Assembly: GCA_040768745.1 (NCBI GenBank)
Contig: JAXGMI010000001.1
Coordinates: 448,001 to 512,000 of the forward strand
Direction of reading: 5' to 3'
Source of the DNA: Desulfomicrobium sp.
GTDB taxonomy: Bacteria > Desulfobacterota > Desulfovibrionia > Desulfovibrionales > Desulfomicrobiaceae
DNA length: 64,000 nt
This document shows positions 41,855 to 51,254 of this stretch, in pieces. The notes beneath the pieces were generated by a model. It was not told where the DNA came from, did not search any database, and saw nothing but the letters and a program-made list of their open reading frames with translations. How positions within the stretch are numbered: position 1 is the stretch's first letter; every line of letters starts with the position of its first letter. Position numbers and translations under genes: made by a program.

Positions 41855-44164
41855 GTGAACCATCGTCCGCAGGAGGCGTTCACCATGGACCACGCGCGTC
41901 TTTCCCAGGAAGAATACGAGTTCCTCTCCTCGCCCCTCGAAAACAACGCACGCTGGAGGGAAACCCTGCCCTTGCGCCGCGTGCATCCCGATCTCGGCGC
42001 CTTCCTCCGGGACATGCCCGTGGGCCAGTGCGCCCTGATCTGCACCACCCCGGAACACGCCCGGGCCACCCTGGAACTCCTGCGCCGGGGCAGCCTGGAC
42101 GCCCAGATCCCCCTCCTGGGCTATGTCGAGGCCATGCCTGATCCGGACTTCGCCCCGGCCTGCGCCATGCTGCCCCGCACCGGCATCTCCCTTTTCGCCG
42201 CCGACGCCATGGTCCCGGAGCAGCTCGCCCTGCTCGCCCCGGCCCAGGGCCGGCCTGTCCGGTACGTGCATTCGGTGGACAGCCGCACCCTCCCGGCGGA
42301 ATCCCTGTACCGCCGGGCCGTGTCCCTGTCCCGCCTGGAGCACGGGGCCGTGACGGTCCTCACCCTGCTGTGCGGGCCCGTGCCTCCGGCGACCCTGGCC
42401 TGCGCGTTCCTCTCCTACCCCGCGGTGGTCGTGGATTCCGTGCTCTACCTCATGGACCAGCCCCGGCCGGAGGCCTGGACCTCCCAGGCCGCGGTGCCCG
42501 AGGCGTGGGATGTCGTGGCCGTCTTCCGGGACCAGCACCGCCTGCAGCAGAAAAGCCGGCTACTGGAGGGAATCCTGGATTGCGTGGATCTGCCCCTTGT
42601 GGCCGGATACGCCGACGGCGAACTCATGGGCGGGAACCAGGCCTTCCTGCGCCTGAGCGGCTATCAACGCGCCGACCTGCATGCCCATTTCCTGCGCGAT
42701 CTGGTCAGCAGGGAGTACGAGGCCGCGCAGGAAACTGTGTTCGAGGCCTTGCTGGCCACGGGCAGGGGCCAGGACCTGCGCACGGAGCTGCTTTCCGCCT
42801 CGGGCGCGCGCATCCCGTGCAGGTTGCAGCTGTTCGTGCACGCCGAAGACGGGCGGCCCCTTTTCTTCTGGGCCCTCTATGCCCCGGAGCAGATGGCCGC
42901 CGAGCCGGAGCAGGAACAGCTGACCGGCAGGGAACAGTTCCTCATCCGCCTGCAGGGCGCCCTGCAACGCTCCATCCGCCAGAAGGACTACGCCTTTGCC
43001 GTGCTGGTCATGGGCATCGACAACCACGGCATGGTCATGGAGCAGGTCGGAACCAGGGACAGGGACGAGTTTGCAGGCCTCCTGGCCAAGCGCGTGGACC
43101 GCTGCCTGCGCAGTCTGGACGTGCGCGCCCATCTCGACCCGCACCATTTCTTCATCCTGCTGGACGACGTGACCGACGTCATCGGGGCCGTGCGCGTCGC
43201 CCAGCGCATCCAGGAGGAAACCCGCAAGCCCTTCCGGTTGGGCCAGCGGGAGATGCTCATCACCTGCAGCATCGGCATGGTCCTGGCCCCCTTTTCCTAT
43301 GAGAACCCCGAGGAGATCCTGCGCGACGGGGAAACGGCCCTGCAGCGGGCCATGCAGCGCGGGGAGCGCCAGACCGTCGTGTTCGACGACCGGCAGAACA
43401 ACAGGGCCATGCAGTTCCTGCGCATCGAGACGGAGCTGCGCGGCGCCCTGCTGAACAACGAGGTGTGCATGCACTACCAGCCGGTCATGTCCCTGCAATC
43501 CGGGGCCATGCTCGGCATGGAGGCCTTCATGCGCTGGGAGCGCAAACACCGGGGGCTGGTCCGGGCCGAGCGGTTCCTGCCCTTTGCCGAGCACAGCGAC
43601 ATCATGTTCGAGCTGGAAGGCTGGGCCATCCGCCAGACCTGCAAGACCCTGGCCCTCATGCAGCGGCTGTGCGGGCCCGGTTTTTTCCTGGGCCTGAACG
43701 TGTCCCTGAAGAACATGCTCCGCATCGGTTTTCTGGAGGAGCTGGCCGCCGTGATCCAGGCCCACGACATCGACCCCGGCACCATCCTGCTGGAAGTGCG
43801 GGAGGCCTGGCTCCCGCAATTCGCGGAACGCTTTCCCGTGGTCCTCGGGCAGGTGGCCCGCCACGGCCTGGGCGTTGTCCTGGACCACTTCAACGCCAGG
43901 CGCACGTCCCTGCTGGACCTGCACCATCTCCCCCTGCGCGGGGTCAAGCTCGCGCCGTCCCTGATCGAGGACACGAACGTGGTCAAGAGCCTGGTGGCCA
44001 TCGCCAAGGCCGCGGGGATGCACATCCACGTCCCTGGCCTGGAACAGGCCGGCCAGATCGCGACCTTCCGGGATCTGGGCTGCGACTTCGCCCAGGGCGA
44101 AGCCCTGGCCCCGTCCATGACCGCCGAAAAGATCCAGGATTTCGCGGCGGAACGCTTCCGCTAG
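41855..44164 (+). CDS. PAS-GGDEF-EAL protein with both catalytic motifs degenerate; possible N-terminal MEDS-like domain
   Basis: PAS (NQAFLRLSGY), GGDEF fold with RAHLDPHHF, YQPV...EAFMRW, LDHFNARRTS, AQG; start uncertain (41855 or 41885). Confidence 0.8.
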   Translation: MNHRPQEAFTMDHARLSQEEYEFLSSPLENNARWRETLPLRRVHPDLGAFLRDMPVGQCALICTTPEHARATLELLRRGSLDAQIPLLGYVEAMPDPDFAPACAMLPRTGISLFAADAMVPEQLALLAPAQGRPVRYVHSVDSRTLPAESLYRRAVSLSRLEHGAVTVLTLLCGPVPPATLACAFLSYPAVVVDSVLYLMDQPRPEAWTSQAAVPEAWDVVAVFRDQHRLQQKSRLLEGILDCVDLPLVAGYADGELMGGNQAFLRLSGYQRADLHAHFLRDLVSREYEAAQETVFEALLATGRGQDLRTELLSASGARIPCRLQLFVHAEDGRPLFFWALYAPEQMAAEPEQEQLTGREQFLIRLQGALQRSIRQKDYAFAVLVMGIDNHGMVMEQVGTRDRDEFAGLLAKRVDRCLRSLDVRAHLDPHHFFILLDDVTDVIGAVRVAQRIQEETRKPFRLGQREMLITCSIGMVLAPFSYENPEEILRDGETALQRAMQRGERQTVVFDDRQNNRAMQFLRIETELRGALLNNEVCMHYQPVMSLQSGAMLGMEAFMRWERKHRGLVRAERFLPFAEHSDIMFELEGWAIRQTCKTLALMQRLCGPGFFLGLNVSLKNMLRIGFLEELAAVIQAHDIDPGTILLEVREAWLPQFAERFPVVLGQVARHGLGVVLDHFNARRTSLLDLHHLPLRGVKLAPSLIEDTNVVKSLVAIAKAAGMHIHVPGLEQAGQIATFRDLGCDFAQGEALAPSMTAEKIQDFAAERFR

Positions 44165-44193
44165 GGAAAAACTGGTCAGATCCCTCTTGTTCT

Positions 44194-44548
44194 TGGTTCG
44201 ACACCTCCCGCTCGTGGTTCGACAAGCTCACCACGAACGGCGATAGTATCTCCGCTCAGGACACATGGTAATTCGTTGTTCCCGTTTATTGTGAGCCTCT
44301 CCGTTCCGTTCGTGGTGAGCCTCTCCGTTCCGTTCGTGGTGAGCCTCTCCGTTCCGTTCGTGGTGAGTCCCCGTTCGTGGTGAGTCCCCGTTCGTGGTGA
44401 GTCCCCGTTCGTGGTGAGCCTGTCGAACCATGGACGGAATCGTACATTTGCCGTTCGTGGTGAGCCTGTCGAACCATGGACGCAATCATGCATTTCCCGC
44501 TCGTGGCGAGCCTCTCCGTTCGTGGTGAGCCTGTCGAACCATGAACGC
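44194..44548. repeat. REP-like cluster built on CCGTTCGTGGTGAGCCTGTCGAACCATG with derived 24-bp and 17-bp tandem repeats
   Basis: Three direct copies (~44405, 44451, 44516), one inverted copy (44215-44240), 3x gtgagcctctccgttccgttcgtg and 3x gtgagtccccgttcgtg. Confidence 0.88.
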
Positions 44549-44717
44549 AATCAGGGCGGCACCGACAGACGGCCCGGTTTGGAGCCGTTCTTCCAACCCC
44601 TCGAAATTACGCCTTGTGCCCTGCGCTGCCCCTGGGCTATGTCCAGAGCGTTTTGTGGCTTGGCCCGTCCGGGCCTGACCCCCCGTCCCTGCATCCCCCG
44701 CTCTGGAGGCTATTTTC

Positions 44718-46409
44718 ATGGCTCGTCCCAAAAAGAATGCCGCCGCACCCACCGCCACCATTGGCTTCGAGGCCAAGCTCTGGCTCGCGGCCGACAAGCT
44801 GCGCAACAACATGGACGCGGCGGAATACAAGCACGTTGTCCTTGGGCTCATCTTTCTCAAATATATTTCAGATACTTTTGAAGAGCACCGCGCCAAACTC
44901 CTGGCCGGAGAAGGCGACTACGCCGGGGCCAATCCCGGGGATGCCGACGAGTACCGCGCCGAAAACGTGTTCTGGGTTCCGGCCGAGGCCCGGTGGTCCC
45001 ATCTTCAAGCAAATGCCAAGCAGCCCACCATCGGCAAGATCGTGGATGATGCCATGGTCGCCATCGAGCGTGACAATCCGCGCCTCAAAGGAGTGCTGCC
45101 CAAGGATTACGCCAGGCCCGGTCTCGACAAGCACCGCCTGGGCGAACTCATCGACCTGATCGCCACCATCACTCTCACGGCAGCCAGCGAGGGCGAACAG
45201 ACGCACCGTTCCGTTGATCTGCTCGGGCGCGTGTACGAATATTTCCTGACCCGCTTTGCCAGCGCCGAGGGCAAGAACGGCGGGCAGTTCTACACGCCAT
45301 CCTGTGTCGTGCGCTGTCTGGTCGAGATGCTCGCGCCGTACAAGGGGCGCATTTATGACCCCTGTTGCGGCTCTGGCGGCATGTTCGTGCAGTCCGAAAA
45401 ATTCGTGGAAGCCCACGGCGGCAAGGTTGGGGACATCAGCATCTACGGGCAGGAGAGCAATTCGACCACCCGGCGCCTGGCCGTCATGAACCTGGCCCTG
45501 CGCGGCATCGAGGCCGACTTCGGCCCTGAACACGCCGACACCTTCCGCCGAGACCTGCATCCTGACCTGCGAGCCGACTATGTTCTGGCCAATCCGCCCT
45601 TCAATGATTCGGACTGGTTCCGCAAGGACGATGACGTGCGATGGCAGTTCGGCATCCCGCCCAAGGGCAACGCCAACTTTGCCTGGGTGCAGCACTTTAT
45701 CCACCATCTTGCGCCCCAGGGCATGGCCGGTTTTGTCCTGGCCAATGGCAGCATGTCTTCCAACCAGTCAGGCGAAGGCGACATACGCCGCGCCCTGATC
45801 GAGGCCGACCTTGTGGACTGCATGGTGGCGCTGCCCGGTCAACTCTTCTACAGCACGCAGATTCCGGTCTGCTTGTGGTTTATTTCCCGCGACAAATCAG
45901 GCGGGAAACCCTCAACCCGTCCTCTCGGCCACCCTTCTCCCACTGGGAGAAGGGCTGGGGATGAGGGGCGTTTGCGCGACCGAAGGAAGCAAACGCTGTT
46001 CATAGACGCCCGCAAACTCGGCACTTTGATCGACCGCGTTCACCGAGAACTGACCGACGCTGATTTGGAGAAAATCGCCACTACCTATCACCGTTGGCGA
46101 CGGGCAGGATGCCCAAGTGCCGCGGAGGCCAGGACGGCCGAGAGCGGCCGAGGAGACAACGGCGCGACCGAATACGAAGACATCGCCGGTTTCTGTAAAT
46201 CCGCCACTACTGCCGAAATTGCTGCGCATGGTTTTGTGCTGACGCCGGGGCGTTATGTCGGGGCTGAGGAGGTTGAAGATGATGGGGAGCCCTTTGAGGA
46301 CAAGATGAAGCGGTTGGTGGCTGAGTTGACGGGATATTTCGAGGAGTCGGCGAAATTAGAGCTAAGTATACGCAACAACCTAGCAAGTATTGGATTCAAA
46401 TTGAAATGA
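44718..46409 (+). CDS. hsdM: Type I R-M methyltransferase subunit M, with two short in-frame palindromic insertions
   Basis: [48 protein letters not shown]. Confidence 0.96.
   Translation: MARPKKNAAAPTATIGFEAKLWLAADKLRNNMDAAEYKHVVLGLIFLKYISDTFEEHRAKLLAGEGDYAGANPGDADEYRAENVFWVPAEARWSHLQANAKQPTIGKIVDDAMVAIERDNPRLKGVLPKDYARPGLDKHRLGELIDLIATITLTAASEGEQTHRSVDLLGRVYEYFLTRFASAEGKNGGQFYTPSCVVRCLVEMLAPYKGRIYDPCCGSGGMFVQSEKFVEAHGGKVGDISIYGQESNSTTRRLAVMNLALRGIEADFGPEHADTFRRDLHPDLRADYVLANPPFNDSDWFRKDDDVRWQFGIPPKGNANFAWVQHFIHHLAPQGMAGFVLANGSMSSNQSGEGDIRRALIEADLVDCMVALPGQLFYSTQIPVCLWFISRDKSGGKPSTRPLGHPSPTGRRAGDEGRLRDRRKQTLFIDARKLGTLIDRVHRELTDADLEKIATTYHRWRRAGCPSAAEARTAESGRGDNGATEYEDIAGFCKSATTAEIAAHGFVLTPGRYVGAEEVEDDGEPFEDKMKRLVAELTGYFEESAKLELSIRNNLASIGFKLK
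45909..45968. repeat. In-frame palindromic repeat in hsdM (same family as the DUF559 flanks)
   Basis: ccctcaaccc...cccttctccc-act-gggagaaggg-ctggggatgagggg, translated [20 protein letters not shown]. Confidence 0.85.
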
Positions 46410-46639
46410 GTGCACCGAAACAACGACAACGAGGGGTGTTCCACGAACCACTCCGCCCGAAGGATACTGCGACTCAAACCGAAGGATGTCGACATACTAA
46501 TCCCGATATTTGTTCCAACAATCAATTGTTCGATGTCTGTGCTTTCGTTCGGGCTGATAAAATGTGCATGCGTCCTCCTCGCTCATGGGCAAGGCAATAC
46601 GAAGTGTTGAAGACTCTTAAAATGAGATCAACAATATGA
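46406..46639 (+). CDS. Small 4-Cys hypothetical protein
   Basis: ATGA overlap with hsdM stop; C-x7-C-x8-C-x8-C followed by PPRSW; fills the hsdM-hsdS gap. Confidence 0.55.
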   Translation: MSAPKQRQRGVFHEPLRPKDTATQTEGCRHTNPDICSNNQLFDVCAFVRADKMCMRPPRSWARQYEVLKTLKMRSTI

Positions 46640-46675
46640 TGCTGCAGTCCGAAATAATCATTAGGAGATTTGGGC

Positions 46676-47971
46676 ATGGCGGGTGATTGGCAAACAGCAC
46701 CTCTTTCAGAACTCTGTGAGCAAATTGTTGACTGCCCACATTCGACCCCCTTGTGGACGAACTCCGGCGTTATTGTTTTGCGAAATCAAAACATCCGCAA
46801 TGGTAGGCTGGACCTCAGTTCTCCAAGCTTCACGGACGAAGCTCATTTCGAGCAACGAAGTCGACGAGCCAAATTGAAAGCTGGTGACCTCGTACTTACG
46901 CGTGAAGCACCGATGGGTGAGGTATGTCTAATTCCCGAAGGGCTGCGCTGCTGTCTCGGTCAACGTATGGTCATGCTCAGACCTGATCAGAAAAAGTGCG
47001 ATTCACGTTTTTTGCTCTATTCGATTCAATCTGACGTAGTTCAGCATGAAATCAAAGTGAACGAAGGAACTGGCTCGACGGTAAGCAATCTGCGGATTCC
47101 TTTGCTGGAGGCTTTGCCTATCTTCTTCCCATCGCTCACCGAACAAAAAACCATCGCGGCCGTGCTTGGGGCGCTGGACGACAAGATCGAATTGAACCGG
47201 CGGATGAATGCGACGCTGGAAGCGATGGCGCGGGCGCTGTTCCAGAGCTGGTTCGTGGATTTCGACCCCGTCCGCGCCAAACTTGATGGCCGCCAGCCTG
47301 TGGGGATGGATGAGGCTACGGCGGCGTTGTTTCCGGAGCACTTGGAAGATTCACCACTCGGACATATTCCCAAGGGCTGGGCGGCAGGCAGACTCGGCGA
47401 CATTGGCACGAACTTACGGCGCGGCGTACAGCCTAGCGACATTGCACCGAACACGCCATACATCGCCTTGGAACACATGCCGCGCCGAAGCATCGCGCTC
47501 GGCGATTGGGACGGCTCACCCGCCGTGGCAAGCGGCAAGTCCATTTTTAAGAAAGGCGAAATCCTCTTCGGCAAGCTACGGCCCTACTTCCATAAAGTCG
47601 GTGTTGCCCCGTTCGATGGCGTCTGTTCCACCGATATTCTCGTCCTCGCACCGAAAAGTCCCGAGTGGTTCGGCTTCCTCCTCGGCCACGCAAGCAGCGA
47701 CGAACTGATTCAATTCACCGATCTTGCCTCCACCGGAACTAAGATGCCGCGTACGAACTGGAGAGACATCAGTTCCTTCAGAGTCGTCCTGCCGCCGAAG
47801 TCCATCGCCACCACCTACACGCGTAACATTCAACCGATGCTCGACCGCATTTACGCCAACCTCCACCAATCCCGCACCCTCGCCACCCTGCGCGACACGC
47901 TGCTGCCGAAGCTGCTGAGCGGGGAGTTGAGTGTGGCGGCCTTGGAATCCAAATTGGCGGCAACCCAATGA
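46676..47971 (+). CDS. hsdS: Type I R-M specificity subunit S
   Basis: Two TRDs separated by EQKTIAAVLGALDDKIELNRRMNATLEAMARALFQSWFVDF; C-terminal LATLRDTLLPKLLSGEL; AGGAG RBS. Confidence 0.95.
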   Translation: MAGDWQTAPLSELCEQIVDCPHSTPLWTNSGVIVLRNQNIRNGRLDLSSPSFTDEAHFEQRSRRAKLKAGDLVLTREAPMGEVCLIPEGLRCCLGQRMVMLRPDQKKCDSRFLLYSIQSDVVQHEIKVNEGTGSTVSNLRIPLLEALPIFFPSLTEQKTIAAVLGALDDKIELNRRMNATLEAMARALFQSWFVDFDPVRAKLDGRQPVGMDEATAALFPEHLEDSPLGHIPKGWAAGRLGDIGTNLRRGVQPSDIAPNTPYIALEHMPRRSIALGDWDGSPAVASGKSIFKKGEILFGKLRPYFHKVGVAPFDGVCSTDILVLAPKSPEWFGFLLGHASSDELIQFTDLASTGTKMPRTNWRDISSFRVVLPPKSIATTYTRNIQPMLDRIYANLHQSRTLATLRDTLLPKLLSGELSVAALESKLAATQ

Positions 47972-49627
47972 ACCGTATGTTTCCAGCCCCAACGGGGCAT
48001 TATGCGATAGCCCAGGGCAACGCCCTGGGTTCATGGGCACACCCATTCGCAAGCCCTGAAGGGGCGGCATGGTTTTACGGGACCATGGATGGATCGACAC
48101 ACAATATTCCGCCCCTTCAGGGCGGGATTTCCTATGGGCCTTGTTCTTGTTCCCAGGGCGTTGCCCTGGGCTTTCACCGTACGCCCCGTTGGGGCTTTGA
48201 ATCATTTGGCGGCGATCCAATGAACCGCTTGCTTCCAACCCCTTCGGGGTATCATGCGACGGCAATCCAATTGAACCGTTTGGCTACAATCCAATGAACC
48301 GTCTGTTTCCAACCCCAACGGGGTATCATGCGATAGCCCAAGGCAACGCCCTGGGTTCATGGGATATACGTCCCACCAATTTCCCAAGCCCTGAAAGGGC
48401 GACATGGTTTTTCGCATCAACCGATGATCCCCCGCACAATATTCCGCCCCTTCAGGGCGGGACTTCGTATGGTCATGTTCTTGTTCCCAGGGCGTTGCCC
48501 TGGGCTTTCACCGTACGCCCCGATGGGGCTTTGAACCATTTGGAGGCAACCCAATGAACGGTTTGTTTCCACCCCCAATGGGGTGTCGTCATACATCGGC
48601 AATCCGATTGAATCATTTGGCGGCAACCCAATGAACCGCATGTTTCCAGCCCCAACGGGGCACCATGCGATAGCCCAGGGCAACGCCCTGGGTATTGGGG
48701 CACACACATTTCCAAGCCCTGAAGGGGCGATATGTTTTTACGGGACCATGGATGGATCGGCCAATATTCCGCCCCTTCAGGGCGGGATTTCGGGCCTTGT
48801 CCCCAGGGCAACGCCCTGGGTTCATGGGATATACGTCCCACCAATTTTCCAAGCCCTGAAAGGGCGACATGGTTTTACGAGATCATGGATGGATCGACAC
48901 ACAATATTCCGCCCCTTCAGGGCGGGACTTCGATGGGCGTTGTTCTTGTCCCCAGGGCGTTGCCCTGGCGGCCCCGTTGGGGCTTTGAATCATTTGGCGG
49001 CAACCCAATGAACGGTTTGTTTCCGCCCCCAATGGGGTGTCGTCATACATCGGCAATCCGATTGAATCATTTGGCGGCAACCAAATGAACCGTTTGCGTC
49101 CAGCCCCAACGGGGCATTACGCCCAGGGCAACGCCCTGGGTGCATGGGCACACACATTTCCAAGCCCTGAAGGGGCGACATGGTTTTACGGGACCATGGA
49201 TGGATCGGCACGCAATATTCCACCCCTTCAGGGCAGGATTTCATATGGACCTTGTTCTTGTTCCCAGGGCGTTGCCCTGGGCTTTTCACCGTACGCCCCG
49301 ATGGGGCTTTGAACCATTTGGGGGCAACCCAATGAACGGTTTGTTTCCACCTCCAATGGGGTGTCGTCATACATCGGCAATCCGATTGAATCATTTGGCG
49401 GCAACCCAATGAACCGCATGTTTCCATTTGCGATAGCCCAGGGCAACGCCCTGGGTACACACACATTTCCAAGCCCTGAAGGGGCGGCATGGTTTTACGG
49501 GACCATGGATGGATCGGCACGCAATATTCCGCCCCTTCAGGGCGGGACTTCCTATGCGCCATGTTCTTGTTCCCAGGGCGTTGCCCTGGGTATTTGGGTA
49601 CACACATTTCCAAGCCCTGAAGGGGCG
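47954..49627. repeat. Tandem array of about six nested-hairpin REP-doublet/MITE-like units (A-B-C-loop-C'-B'-A') with ~77-bp linkers
   Basis: A=gccccaacggggc, B=cccagggcaacgccctggg, C=gccctgaaggggc and their reverse complements; C/C' pairs at ~48053/48110, 48388/48445, 48716/48770, 48853/48910, 49164/49221, 49473/49530. Confidence 0.92.
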
Positions 49628-49634
49628 TAATCTT

Positions 49635-50087
49635 ATGCCGCAATCCCTCGCCCAAATCCTCGCACATCTGGTCTTCTCGACGAAAAACCGGGAACCGTCA
49701 CTGGCTGATGACATCCGCGATGAACTTCACGCGTACATCGGCGGCATTGTTGGAAACCAAAAAGGGACGCTGCTCAAAGCTGGCTCGGTTGCCGATCATA
49801 TCCACCTGCTGATCGCCATGCCCCGCACCTGCGCACCTGCCGATCTGGTTCAGGAAATCAAAACCAGCTCGTCAAAATGGCTGAAAACAAAATCGTCCTG
49901 TTCCACTTCTTTTCACTGGCAGGGTGGATACGGCATTTTTTCGATCAGCCCGTCCCATCGTCCGACACTAGAGAAATACATTGAAAATCAGGCAGAGCAT
50001 CACCGCGCGGTGACGTTTCAAGAGGAATACCGGCATTTGCTGCTCAAATACGGCATTGAATACGACGAACGATATGTCTGGGATTAA
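49635..50087 (+). CDS. tnpA: IS200/IS605-family Y1 HUH transposase (REP-associated type)
   Basis: HLVFSTKNR, DHIHLL (HUH), K..SSKW, WQGGY, YIENQ catalytic Tyr; no tnpB. Confidence 0.92.
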   Translation: MPQSLAQILAHLVFSTKNREPSLADDIRDELHAYIGGIVGNQKGTLLKAGSVADHIHLLIAMPRTCAPADLVQEIKTSSSKWLKTKSSCSTSFHWQGGYGIFSISPSHRPTLEKYIENQAEHHRAVTFQEEYRHLLLKYGIEYDERYVWD

Positions 50088-50096
50088 AGAAGATTT

Positions 50097-50178
50097 CGCC
50101 CTTTCAGGGCTTGGTTTGTCTGGTGACATTGCCCCCAGGGCGTTGCCCTGGGCTATCGCTTTGTGCCCCTTTGGGGCT
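50097..50178. repeat. Right-hand C'-B'-A' hairpin triplet closing the tnpA element
   Basis: cgccctttcagggct / cccagggcgttgccctgggctatcgc / gcccctttggggct. Confidence 0.9.
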
Positions 50179-50201
50179 GTGAATTGGAAGGAATAAAACC
50201 C

Positions 50202-51254
50202 ATGAGCAAAGATTCCGAGACACCACCGCCACCGGGCGGCCAGTTCCTCGTTTACCAGGCGGAAGACGGAAAGCTGAAGATCGACGTGCGGTTTGACGGC
50301 GAGACCGTCTGGCTGACGCAGCAGCACATGGCCGAGCTGTTCCAGACGACCCAGCAAAACATCAGTCTGCATCTCCAGAACATTTACGCAGAGAATGAAC
50401 TGCAGCTTGAGGCAACTCACAAGGAATCCTTGTCAGTTCGGCAGGAAGGCGCACGATCCGTCCGGCGACGTTTGGATTTCTACAATTTGGACGCCATTCT
50501 TTCCGTTGGCTACCGGGTGAAAAGCGTCGTAGCCACCCGCTTTCGCATCTGGGCCACCCAGCGACTTCGGGAATACATCGTCAAGGGTTTTATCCTCGAC
50601 GATGAGCGGTTGAAGAATCCGGACCAGCCCTTCGACTATTTCGAGGAGTTGATGCGGCGGATTCAGGACATCCGCACTTCGGAGCGGCGGTTCTACCAGA
50701 AAATCACGGACATCTACGCGACGAGTATCGACTACGATCCCACCCAAGAGGTCAGCCTGCAATTTTTCAAGACGGTGCAAAACAAGATTCATTGGGCCAT
50801 CACCGGGCAGACGGCCGCCGAGATCGTCCATGAACGAGTGGATGCGACGAAGCCCAACCTCGGCCTGACGAACTGGCGGGGCGCGGTGGTCCGCAAGCAT
50901 GATGTCGTCATCGCCAAGAACTATCTGAGTGAGCCGGAGTTGGAGGCGCTGAACAATCTCGTGGAGCAATACCTGATCTTCGCCCAGGGTCAGGCCATGC
51001 GGCGGGTTCCGATGCATATGGCGGACTGGATCGAGAAGTTGAACGGGTTTCTGACCTTGAATGACCGCGATATTCTCACCCATGCCGGACGTATTTCGCA
51101 CGAGATGGCGCAAACCAAGGCCGAGTTGGAATACGATAAGTTCAAGGCGCTCGCCGCCAGTGCCCCAAGACCCGTGGACGCGCATTTCGAACAGGCCACC
51201 AAAGACCTCAAGAAACTGCCGAAGCCGAAGAAACCCAAGCCCCAACAGCCATGA
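50202..51254 (+). CDS. RhuM-family (virulence RhuM-like) DNA-binding protein
   Basis: [54 protein letters not shown]. Confidence 0.88.
   Translation: MSKDSETPPPPGGQFLVYQAEDGKLKIDVRFDGETVWLTQQHMAELFQTTQQNISLHLQNIYAENELQLEATHKESLSVRQEGARSVRRRLDFYNLDAILSVGYRVKSVVATRFRIWATQRLREYIVKGFILDDERLKNPDQPFDYFEELMRRIQDIRTSERRFYQKITDIYATSIDYDPTQEVSLQFFKTVQNKIHWAITGQTAAEIVHERVDATKPNLGLTNWRGAVVRKHDVVIAKNYLSEPELEALNNLVEQYLIFAQGQAMRRVPMHMADWIEKLNGFLTLNDRDILTHAGRISHEMAQTKAELEYDKFKALAASAPRPVDAHFEQATKDLKKLPKPKKPKPQQP

Noticed and set aside
44194..44548. Mini CRISPR array
   Set aside because: Irregular spacing, an inverted copy, direct tandem fragments and no cas genes; fits a REP-like cluster better.
46676..47971. 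Phase-variable invertible hsdS locus
   Set aside because: Single hsdS with no silent TRD cassettes, no recombinase and no simple-sequence tract.
47954..49627. CRISPR array interpretation
   Set aside because: The intervening sequences are homologous to each other rather than unique spacers, repeats occur in both orientations, and no cas genes are present.
49635..50200. IS605-type TnpB/IscB RNA-guided system
   Set aside because: No RuvC-containing ORF follows tnpA; the next gene is RhuM-like.
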